Shown: positions 39,356-46,816 of the stretch, in pieces
How positions within the stretch are numbered: the first letter of the stretch is position 1
How the letters are laid out: the number at the start of each line of letters is the position of its first letter
IMG/VR virus record: IMGVR_UViG_3300025000_000080
Location: 1-64,000 of that record
Source: an uncultured virus (IMG/VR IMGVR_UViG_3300025000_000080)
Lineage: Duplodnaviria; Heunggongvirae; Uroviricota; Caudoviricetes
Length of the DNA stretch: 64,000 nucleotides
Direction: 5' to 3' (one strand)
Notes under the pieces: model-generated
Database searches by the model: none
Told to the model about the DNA's origin: nothing
What the model saw: only the letters and a program-made list of their open reading frames with translations
Program-made: the position numbers and the translations under genes

Positions 39356-39711
39356 TGGTGGAGGCGCCGATGTACCGCCCATCGGGTCCGAAAGAACTCG
39401 ACTCAAGGTGTCTACGTGCGTAGTGCTCTGATCAGTTTCGCCCTAGATCTGCAGGCACACAGTCTGCCGGGCTAGCAGGTGATATTCCCTCGTTTAGTCC
39501 TGCGCTCCACGAGGGTTTTGACTGCTGGCATTATGCCCACCTGGCCCCGCAGTCTGAACCAGGCGAACAGCCCACTAAGCGGCCTGACGGTCGTAGTCGG
39601 CGTAGTAGTCGGTGTTGTTTGCGACTATGGTTTTGAGCCTGTTTAACGAGGCGACCCACCTCTGCACGCTGCCCTGATCTACCGTTCCCCCGTCGAATCT
39701 ATTTCGCCCCC
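39356..39711 (-). ncRNA. ssrA: tmRNA, tag ANNTDYYADYDRQAA*
   Basis: 5' GGGGGCGAAATAGATTCGACGGGG; 3' CGCCTCCACCA; G3-U70 pair; ATAGTC-GCA resume context; tag at 39575-39622 ends AA-stop. Confidence 0.95.
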
Positions 39712-39728
39712 GAAACTGTAAAATGGAA

Positions 39729-39800
39729 TGCCCCCAGTAGGATTTGAACCTACGACCTGCCGGTTAAAAGCCGGCTGCTCTACCACTGAGCTATGGAAGC
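39729..39800 (-). tRNA. tRNA-Lys(UUU), CCA not encoded
   Basis: Full cloverleaf; anticodon arm GCCGG-CTTTTAA-CCGGC; GGTTCAAATCC. Confidence 0.9.
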
Positions 39801-39801
39801 G

Positions 39802-39993
39802 TTAGACCTCTTCGACCTTGATGGAGTATTTCCACCGCTCCATCTTGTCGTCAGACTCGGTTGTGATCTCGAGATGGTCAAGACCTGCCTCTTTGCCTCT
39901 CACATCCGTGACATGGAGTGCCTTACCAGACTCGGGACTGGTCAACAGAATGGACTTGAGGAAGTCGCTTTCTTTATCCACGTCGATCTCCAT
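39802..39993 (-). CDS. Small hypothetical protein between tRNAs
   Basis: 63-aa ORF exactly filling the tRNA-Glu/tRNA-Lys spacer; no clear RBS. Confidence 0.45.
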   Translation of the reverse strand: MEIDVDKESDFLKSILLTSPESGKALHVTDVRGKEAGLDHLEITTESDDKMERWKYSIKVEEV

Positions 39994-39998
39994 GTGAA

Positions 39999-40069
39999 TG
40001 ATCCCACAGGGAATTGAACCCTGGCTTCCGCCGTGAAAGAGCGGTGTCTTGCCACTAGACTATGGGACC
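39999..40069 (-). tRNA. tRNA-Glu(UUC), CCA not encoded
   Basis: GGTCCCA/TGGGATC acceptor; CCGCT-CTTTCAC-GGCGG anticodon arm; GGTTCAATTCC. Confidence 0.9.
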
Positions 40070-40157
40070 AAAGGTAGCGCCGTCGTGTTCAACGGCACTG
40101 AACTTCCGGACTCTTACCGGCTGCATGTGCAGGACTCGTGTAGCCAATCGAACAGGA

Positions 40158-40676
40158 TCACATCGAGTAACTGACCTGACATCCGCGCCGACAGTACAGA
40201 CGCGGCTTGCGGTGCAACGAGGGGATCTCGATGAAGACATCGCCCTCGGAATTCGTGTTGAAACAGATCCGGTGAGTGCGGGCGAATTGGTACGCGGCAG
40301 TCTCAGCGCTCACACCGCTGGTCAACACGGTTCCGGTCATTCGCTTCTTGCTGCCGGACTTGTGCTTGAACGTGGCCAGGGTCACTGAGTCAACGTCCGA
40401 CTCGTCATCAACATCTTCCTCAACCGACAACTCCGGACGACTCACGAGAGACAGTGCCGACACTCGAGGCCAGTAAAGCTTCGGGCGCGCCTTGCCCGGT
40501 ATCTCGCTGGTATGTTGACCATCCGCCAATATCGGCTTGACGACCTTATGGACAGCGACCTTGGCGGGCAGGACTGCTAGAGCTTCACCGGTCTTTACCT
40601 TCACATGACCGGCAGCCTGACTACTCCACTGGACCATGTCACCAAGTTGATACTGCATTTCAGCCTCCATGTTCAC
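40158..40676 (-). CDS. Hypothetical protein
   Basis: ORF with GGAGG before internal ATG; YWPRVSAL motif. Confidence 0.55.
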   Translation of the reverse strand: MNMEAEMQYQLGDMVQWSSQAAGHVKVKTGEALAVLPAKVAVHKVVKPILADGQHTSEIPGKARPKLYWPRVSALSLVSRPELSVEEDVDDESDVDSVTLATFKHKSGSKKRMTGTVLTSGVSAETAAYQFARTHRICFNTNSEGDVFIEIPSLHRKPRLYCRRGCQVSYSM

Positions 40677-40682
40677 GTTAAC

Positions 40683-40755
40683 GACCGCCGCTGAGAATCA
40701 AACCCAGGCTTCCGGTTGCGCGTCCCGGCGTGCGATCCAGCCACGCTGCAGCGGT
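40683..40755 (-). ncRNA. Degenerate tRNA-like element
   Basis: ACCGCTG/CGGCGGT acceptor and CTGGG-TTTGATT-CTCAG T arm; non-canonical anticodon loop. Confidence 0.5.
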
Positions 40756-41042
40756 GAAAGATAAGGCGGCGCTGTTCAACAAGCAGCGCCATTAAGCCCG
40801 TAGTATGGGCGCCTCATGAAAGACTCCCGGTTAACGTGCCGGGTCACGCCCTACACAGATAAGGCAGTTTCAGACACCTTACATCGGCGCTCGGATCGAA
40901 CGAGCAGCTTCCCCTGTCCGTCCCCTTCGGGCTGCGCTAATACTTCAGGTTCGGGATTCCTGAAGGCATGCCCGTAAATGCCTCACGCACATGCCGAAGA
41001 CTCCAAGTATTTAACGACGTGGGAGTCTTGGATGACCGTCTC

Positions 41043-41126
41043 TGGTGGAATCGGCCAGGATCGAACTGGCACTTGCTACACCTTGGCGCGCCGTGTAGTT
41101 GCTCTATCCGATTGAGCTACGATCCC
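41043..41126 (-). ncRNA. tRNA-like RNA with Ala identity and enlarged anticodon arm
   Basis: Acceptor GGGATCG/CGATTCC + ACCA, normal D and T arms; anticodon arm CTACAC-11nt-GTGTAG. Confidence 0.8.
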
Positions 41127-41330
41127 ATAACGCGGGCCTTTTCCAGCCCGCCAGGCTAACATTCAACACAAGGAGGCCAGTCCATAGTGCCTATCTGCGG
41201 TAATTTGCAGACATGCGGCCGCACGCAGCCTTAAGCCTAGTGCATGTCTCCGTTGGTCAAGCCAACGGCACTGACGAAGGGCGGAAAGCCGAGCCAGTGA
41301 GGATTCAAATGGAGTCGGCGCCATTTTGGA

Positions 41331-41864
41331 CTAGCGGTCGTGAACTGGCGTCTTTCTCGTTTTTAAAGCATGGCACCAGACGCATAATACTTGCAGATTT
41401 TCCAGTGAATTATGTTCACGGTTATTATCGATATGATCAACGTCTAACATTGCAGAATACTTGTCGTATCCACATTGACAACATTTCTGCCCGTATTCCC
41501 GGAGTGCACGTTCCCTGTAATAACTCTTTCCGTTTTTGTATTGTCCTGGCCGTATTTCCTCAATCCCGCCAATTCTCTGAGCCAAATCCTTGCATGCTCT
41601 GGTACAAAAGTAAAAACCATGTCTTGAATTCTTTTTCTTGCCTGTTAGTTTGACGAATTGCTTTCCACATTGTGAGCATGTGAGAGTCTCGCGGCGTTGC
41701 TTCGTCTTAGCATGGCACTTTTTGCTACAAAACTTTGCACCATTAAGTATGTGCCTTGGCAAATAAAACGTTGCTCCACATTGAGCACACACCTTAGCAT
41801 ACAGTTTCCTGAAGTAGCCATCATAGCTATCAGATGTGATGTACTCTGACTCTTCTTGCGCCAC
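41331..41864 (-). CDS. HNH endonuclease with multiple Zn-finger repeats
   Basis: CxxC..FCSxxC repeats; LDVDHIDNNREHNSLENLQVLCVWCH; visibly AT-richer than flanks. Confidence 0.9.
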   Translation of the reverse strand: MAQEESEYITSDSYDGYFRKLYAKVCAQCGATFYLPRHILNGAKFCSKKCHAKTKQRRETLTCSQCGKQFVKLTGKKKNSRHGFYFCTRACKDLAQRIGGIEEIRPGQYKNGKSYYRERALREYGQKCCQCGYDKYSAMLDVDHIDNNREHNSLENLQVLCVWCHALKTRKTPVHDR

Positions 41865-41879
41865 TGAAGTACTTTTCTG

Positions 41880-41986
41880 CTTGAACCGCTATCCTCTGGT
41901 GCCAATCTCTGTCAGGCTATGTGCGCTCCACATACAAACGTCTTGTATACTGCAGGCCAGACGTTCCCCCACTGAACTACAGCCCC
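41880..41986 (-). pseudogene. Interrupted tRNA-Ala(UGC)-like gene, 5' portion
   Basis: GGGGCTGTAGTTCAGTGGGGGAACGTCTGGCC-TGC-A, 50-nt insert, CCAGAGGATAGCGGTTCAAG, then breaks off. Confidence 0.65.
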
Positions 41987-42197
41987 GTATGCTCGTCTTT
42001 CCCGGCTGCCTGGCTCTGTCTCGTCGAGCCTTCACGCCCGCATGGGCTCAGAGAGTGCGCCACCACTCAATCTGAGGTCGGTTGCTTTGCCCCGGAGGTT
42101 ACAGGGCGCCGGTTACCATACCGCCTCCCGATGACTCATGCACAGAGAGTCGGGAGCGCTACTCTGCCGGGAGTTTCACCCGGGTGCCGAAAGAATA

Positions 42198-42311
42198 AAA
42201 GACTGGGCTGACGGTACTGGTTCCACTCAGGACAGCGCTGCTTCCACTCCGGATGTACAACTCAGCAGGAACGCCACTCAACTCAGTCACTGGATCAACC
42301 GCCCAGTCTTT
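42198..42311 (-). ncRNA. Rod-shaped ncRNA candidate
   Basis: 11-bp terminal stem AAAGACTGGGC/GCCCAGTCTTT starting at the predicted TSS. Confidence 0.55.
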
Positions 42312-42316
42312 ACCAG

Positions 42317-42360
42317 ACTGTACCATGACCCTAGATATACAGTCAACAACTATTTTAATG
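42317..42360 (-). promoter_or_regulatory. Promoter of ncRNA island: ATTAAAATA-N4-TTGACT-N18-(TGG)TACAGT
   Basis: Direct reading; shared upstream box. Confidence 0.7.
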
Positions 42361-42367
42361 ATTCGTC

Positions 42368-42841
42368 TTAAAGGTTCGGTCGACCGAACCCGAGGCAGAG
42401 CGCTCTCTTGCGGAGACGACGCGCGACATGCGAAGATTTACCACCGCTGGGAGGCGCGGTGTTGCCCTCCACCGTGACGACACAGCATGAGTTGGACATC
42501 TCGACGATACCCACATGATTGGGCTTGCCATTCCCCCGGACATCCATGAAGGCGATGTATCCGGGTTCCGGGTCGTCGACCAACCACCCGCGCTGGCGAA
42601 ACGCCTCGAGGCCGATGGCGACGGAAGCAAAGCCGTTATATCCAGGGGCTTGAAGTTCAGGAAGGGGTGTGCCCGCCTCGTCAAAACACCACGAGACGAA
42701 CATGCCGCACCAGGGCTGGCCATCCCAGTTCTGCCCAGCAGTCTCCCCGTACCATTCTCCGTACTTGGTACGATTTGAGCCGTCCGGAGCCTCCTGCATT
42801 CCGATCTCAGATATAGCTATTTCCAAAGGCGTGTTGCTCAT
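42368..42841 (-). CDS. CHAP-domain endolysin
   Basis: PWCGMFVSWC, HVGIVE, VEGNT; GGAG RBS before ATG 42841. Confidence 0.9.
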   Translation of the reverse strand: MSNTPLEIAISEIGMQEAPDGSNRTKYGEWYGETAGQNWDGQPWCGMFVSWCFDEAGTPLPELQAPGYNGFASVAIGLEAFRQRGWLVDDPEPGYIAFMDVRGNGKPNHVGIVEMSNSCCVVTVEGNTAPPSGGKSSHVARRLRKRALCLGFGRPNL

Positions 42842-42902
42842 ACGATCTCCATCATTGAAGGGTATGAGCAAAGGATAGCCTGTAAGGGCGGGAATCACAA
42901 AA

Positions 42903-43184
42903 TCAGGAGAGAGCGGGAATCAGGGCAGCAGCGATCGTGTGGAGTGCGACGGACAGGCGCTCGGACAGACTCGACCCAGCCGGGGGGAAGTGCCTGCTGA
43001 AGTTGTCCAGAGAGATGGTCCCCTTGACGTCGTCGTCGGTGACGACGCGCACGATGGGGCGAACGCACTGGGCAACCTCAACGACGTGAACGGACATGGC
43101 GCCATGAATCCAGGTGGAACCAACGACGGGAAGACCGGATTGAGTCAACATGATGTTTGCTCCTAGTGTGTGATGAACATTCAA
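42903..43184 (-). CDS. Hypothetical protein
   Basis: AGGAG RBS before internal ATG; promoter at 43193-43234. Confidence 0.5.
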   Translation of the reverse strand: MNVHHTLGANIMLTQSGLPVVGSTWIHGAMSVHVVEVAQCVRPIVRVVTDDDVKGTISLDNFSRHFPPAGSSLSERLSVALHTIAAALIPALS

Positions 43185-43249
43185 TGACTCAATTTATAAT
43201 GTTCGTTAGCGTAGCTGTCAACTATTATTTTAATGTTTCTGTGTTTAGG

Positions 43250-44161
43250 TCAATAATTCCTGATCAGGACTTCGTCGACGGCTCCACGCCCGGTGCCCTT
43301 GCAGTTGACGGAACGGATGGCGCGGACGTGGGAGATCTCAAAGCCCTTGTACAACTCGAGCACGGCAGGGTGAGCGCTGTTGCATAGGAGGAAGTTGATA
43401 GAGCGCTTCGCCAGGTCTTGGCATGCTTCAGCCAGACTTGCCTGGTGATCCATTCCGAATCCATCAGCCGTGTACTGGTCGAACGAGGCGGTCACAGAGA
43501 CAGGAACGTAGGGTGGGTCGAAGAAGATGAAGTCACCGGCTCGGGCCAGAGATGTACTGGAAAGGAAGTCGGCCTCGAGTATTTCAGCACCCTGGAGCGA
43601 CGATGACGCGGCCAGGAGGACATCTCCACGCACCACATCAGCCGTCACCTTGGATGGATCGAAGCTGACGTTGAACTCTCCCTTCTGGTTCTCCCGGAAC
43701 AGCCCGTTGAAGCATATCCGGTTCAGGAAGACGAACAGGGCCGCAAGCCTTATCGGGCTGGGTGGCGTTGAGTCGGTGAACAGCCCAAACACACCTGACC
43801 GTCTCTCGCGTACTCCACGATTGAACTCTGTACGAGCTCGCAGATAGCCCTCCAGCGTTCGCTCCTGCATGAGTCGCTCGAGTTCATCGATCACATCTTG
43901 TGGTCGGCTACGGACCATTCGATAGCAGGTGACCAGCCTATGGTTCAGGTCGGACAGATAAGCAGCTCCTTTGATCCGTCTCTCCCGGACCATGGCGAAG
44001 TAGACAGCACCTCCACCGATGAATGGCTCATGGTAGGCGTTGAACCGCTTCGGGACGAGACTCAGGATCGGCTCGAGTAGTTGGTCCTTACCACCCGCCC
44101 ACCGAAGGAACGGCCGCGGCTCAAGCCCATTTTTGCCACTAACCGTAATCGCTGCTACCAT
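43250..44161 (-). CDS. dam: Dam-family DNA adenine methyltransferase
   Basis: PFLRWAGGK, EPFIGGGAV, FNGLFRENQKGEFN, FDPPY, EVLIRNY. Confidence 0.92.
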   Translation of the reverse strand: MVAAITVSGKNGLEPRPFLRWAGGKDQLLEPILSLVPKRFNAYHEPFIGGGAVYFAMVRERRIKGAAYLSDLNHRLVTCYRMVRSRPQDVIDELERLMQERTLEGYLRARTEFNRGVRERRSGVFGLFTDSTPPSPIRLAALFVFLNRICFNGLFRENQKGEFNVSFDPSKVTADVVRGDVLLAASSSLQGAEILEADFLSSTSLARAGDFIFFDPPYVPVSVTASFDQYTADGFGMDHQASLAEACQDLAKRSINFLLCNSAHPAVLELYKGFEISHVRAIRSVNCKGTGRGAVDEVLIRNY

Positions 44162-44185
44162 GCCACCAAATCCTTGGAGGAGACT

Positions 44186-44488
44186 ATGCGTCCCAGTGAA
44201 GTGAAGATTGAACTCGTGTCCGTTACCTGCCCTTGTGGCTTGTCCCTGGCCGAATGTGCCGAGCACCGCCCACTGTTTTTCGATCTGCTGAAGGAGCGCG
44301 TTCCTGAAGCACAGAAGAACCTGATCGGGCCGGCGCTGTTCAGTTTGTTCGTCGATCCGGTCAAAGCAGCCGGATACGTGCTTCAGGCGTTGAGCACGCT
44401 GGCTGTGTTCGGCGTCGTCTGGTATCTGATCGCGAACGATTATCGGCTGGGTGTGTCGGTAAGTCGCCGGGAGCGAAGTTCATCGTGA
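44186..44488 (+). CDS. Small membrane protein on the opposite strand
   Basis: GGAGGAG RBS; TM-like segment; overlaps 3' end of convergent MTase ORF. Confidence 0.5.
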   Translation: MRPSEVKIELVSVTCPCGLSLAECAEHRPLFFDLLKERVPEAQKNLIGPALFSLFVDPVKAAGYVLQALSTLAVFGVVWYLIANDYRLGVSVSRRERSSS

Positions 44489-45368
44489 GCCATTCACGGC
44501 AGCCGTTTGTCCGCCCTCTGCCCTTCAGGTATTGAGTGATCTCGACATACTGCCAGCCAGTCCCCATGGTGATCGGTTCAGCCTCGCAGATGACGACTCG
44601 AGCGCCAGTAGTGGCCCAGACTCGAGCCACCCTGACGACGTCCGCCCGCGAGAAGACGTACTCTCCATAGCCCTCAGTCCCCTCGTAGGGTGGGTCAATC
44701 AGGACCAGCACACCGGGCCCGCCCCACACGGTAGGATCTACTTCCAGCGCTGAGCAATGGAGTACAGTCAGTGATGACAGTTCCGGAAGTGCTTCAATGC
44801 GCTCGATCAGATCTGGAAGACGGACGTTGCGCCGGCCTACCCCTTCACCGCGTTTCTCCCGGTATTCCCGGTTGTAGGGCGCCGTCTGATCCATGCCGTG
44901 CGTCTTCCAGCGCCGGGCGTGTCCAGTATGTGTCTGGATAAGGCCATCTCGAGCAGTGCCTGCGACACACACGGGATAAATGATTTTCCGACCGTAGCCC
45001 CAGAATTGCAGTGTGGACCAGTGGCAGACACGTCCGAGAATCCCATCTGGAACGGGCGACTTTGCAATTCTCTCCCATAGAGTAGAAGGATCGGTGTCCT
45101 GCCACGACTTGAGGCACGATACCAGTGCTGCCCTGTCGTCGTGGTTTTTTACAACCTGCCAGAACTCGCCATACGGTCCCGGTTCAACGGCCAGATAAGA
45201 GTCAGCGCCCATCCCCGGCGTAACCCGCATAGCAGGAAGAAGCGCGTCCAAGAAGTTGAACTTACTCCCCCACATCGGAATGGTGATCTTGTGGACCTCC
45301 CATCCCAACCGGAGAGTTGTGCAGAGAGAGGCCCCACAGAGTTCAATGAAGCGAGTAGGGCGTGTCAT
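44361..45368 (-). CDS. Divergent DNA amino-methyltransferase (DPPY)
   Basis: MWGSK, LIDPPYEGTEGY, REWLTMN; ATGA-coupled start at 45368. Confidence 0.7.
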   Translation of the reverse strand: MTRPTRFIELCGASLCTTLRLGWEVHKITIPMWGSKFNFLDALLPAMRVTPGMGADSYLAVEPGPYGEFWQVVKNHDDRAALVSCLKSWQDTDPSTLWERIAKSPVPDGILGRVCHWSTLQFWGYGRKIIYPVCVAGTARDGLIQTHTGHARRWKTHGMDQTAPYNREYREKRGEGVGRRNVRLPDLIERIEALPELSSLTVLHCSALEVDPTVWGGPGVLVLIDPPYEGTEGYGEYVFSRADVVRVARVWATTGARVVICEAEPITMGTGWQYVEITQYLKGRGRTNGCREWLTMNFAPGDLPTHPADNRSRSDTRRRRTQPACSTPEARIRLL

Positions 45369-45748
45369 ATTCCAGCACCGATCCGAAAGTCGCTGCCAAC
45401 CGGCTGCCCGTCCAACTCCACATCGACACCATGACGCACCAGAAATGCCGCGAGAATCCTCCGATGGCAGAACTCGACAGGCTTTTCCCAGCAGAACAGC
45501 GTGCAGTCGTCGGGCAATTCCAGTGACATGCCGCCGAACGCATAGAGCGCATTCAACTGCGCCCAATACCGACGCGTGAACTCGTGTATTGTCATACGTC
45601 CAGACTTCGCCGCTTCAACGTCCGACCACTCAGGCGCAAGGTCCCTGCGGTGTTCGTCTACGTCGATCCATTTCGGAACGCCGTTCGAGATGGCGATCCA
45701 TGGGCGAGAATACTGCTTCGCTACTGCATAGTGAGCAAGACGAATCAT
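45365..45748 (-). CDS. DUF488-like protein
   Basis: LAP.W..FTRRYWAQL..LFCWEKPVEFCHRRILA. Confidence 0.75.
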   Translation of the reverse strand: MIRLAHYAVAKQYSRPWIAISNGVPKWIDVDEHRRDLAPEWSDVEAAKSGRMTIHEFTRRYWAQLNALYAFGGMSLELPDDCTLFCWEKPVEFCHRRILAAFLVRHGVDVELDGQPVGSDFRIGAGI

Positions 45749-46212
45749 GGTTCACGCTCCAGTGCTAGACGCTTCGCCTTTACCTTTGCGTATGCCTTGT
45801 TATTGTTCGCCTTCAACCTGCACTTCGATGTGCAGTACACTCGACGTCCGCGCCCGTTCGATCGTGGGTCCACCACATACGATTCATTGCAGGTCGGGCA
45901 TGTACGACGCTCGACGCCCCGCTCAGCCACTACCTGACTCTGCTTGTCACGATGTCGCCGTCTGGAATCGGCCTTGTGAGCCTCCCACTTGACGGAGTCC
46001 GTTTTCCTGGCTTGACACATGGTCTGATTGTGGATAGACGTAGCCAGGACCTCTCTCGGCTCTCTAGAGTGAAGCCAATACCATCGGCGAAATTGCTCTC
46101 GTCTTGCCTCTCGACGTGCCTGGACATAGACCTCGTACTGTTCATCAGCACGACCAGAGAGTGAACGGAACATGGCCTGTACTTCAAGGCTTAGATGCGG
46201 ATGCCAGGCCAC
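45745..46212 (-). CDS. Hypothetical Zn-finger protein
   Basis: CPTC..YCTSKC; coupled. Confidence 0.55.
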   Translation of the reverse strand: MAWHPHLSLEVQAMFRSLSGRADEQYEVYVQARREARREQFRRWYWLHSREPREVLATSIHNQTMCQARKTDSVKWEAHKADSRRRHRDKQSQVVAERGVERRTCPTCNESYVVDPRSNGRGRRVYCTSKCRLKANNNKAYAKVKAKRLALEREP

Positions 46213-46550
46213 TATGCACCCATATCTTTGAAGCCGTATCGGTCACGAAGTTGTCTCTGGAACTCGGCCATCTCACAACTCCACGCCTTCATACCTTCCG
46301 GGTCCTCGAGCCAGACCCCGCATCCCCGCCAGAGCCAGCAAAGATGGACGGAAGGCGTCCGCACAAGTCGTGTCTTGTTCTCCACCCAGAAGCCACCGGG
46401 TGACCACATCAGAGCAGGAAAGACTGGGCGTGCGTTCGATGCTTTCCACACGTTCATCGTGTAGAAACGAGGTCGCCATTTGAACAGTCGTTTGAACATC
46501 ATCACTCCCACCCGCAGACAGCCAGCGCACCAGCCGCTCTTCGTACCCAC
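46212..46550 (-). CDS. Hypothetical protein
   Basis: Fills operon; start uncertain (about 46502). Confidence 0.4.
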   Translation of the reverse strand: MGTKSGWCAGCLRVGVMMFKRLFKWRPRFYTMNVWKASNARPVFPALMWSPGGFWVENKTRLVRTPSVHLCWLWRGCGVWLEDPEGMKAWSCEMAEFQRQLRDRYGFKDMGA

Positions 46551-46816
46551 TCAGGCCATGGCGGATACGCCAATTCCCAGAGGAATACTCGCCCAAGGTA
46601 TTCCTTCCCGTCGTCAAGAACCAGATCCACCCAGACATCCATCTCGATCTCACCATCCGTGTTAAGTTGCGCAGAGATGTGATCATAGAATGTCGAGCCC
46701 GACTCAAAACGATTGTGCTCGTAGATGACAACGTATCCTAGAGCGCCATGGTGCTCCAGAACGAACCCGGCCGCCCGTAGTCGGTGAAGCATGTTCTCTA
46801 TCTTTGCACCACTCAA
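46502..46816 (-). CDS. Hypothetical protein
   Basis: GGAGG RBS; coupled. Confidence 0.5.
   Translation of the reverse strand: MSGAKIENMLHRLRAAGFVLEHHGALGYVVIYEHNRFESGSTFYDHISAQLNTDGEIEMDVWVDLVLDDGKEYLGRVFLWELAYPPWPEWVRRAAGALAVCGWE

Noticed and set aside
41131..41950. Group I intron carrying the HNH
   Set aside because: A P7-like pairing (GAGATTG/TAGTCC) can be drawn, but there is too little sequence for P3-P6 and no J8/7 linker
41986..42190. RNase P RNA
   Set aside because: Only a loose ACAGAGCCAGGC resemblance; the GAGGAAAGTCC motif is absent and the region is too short
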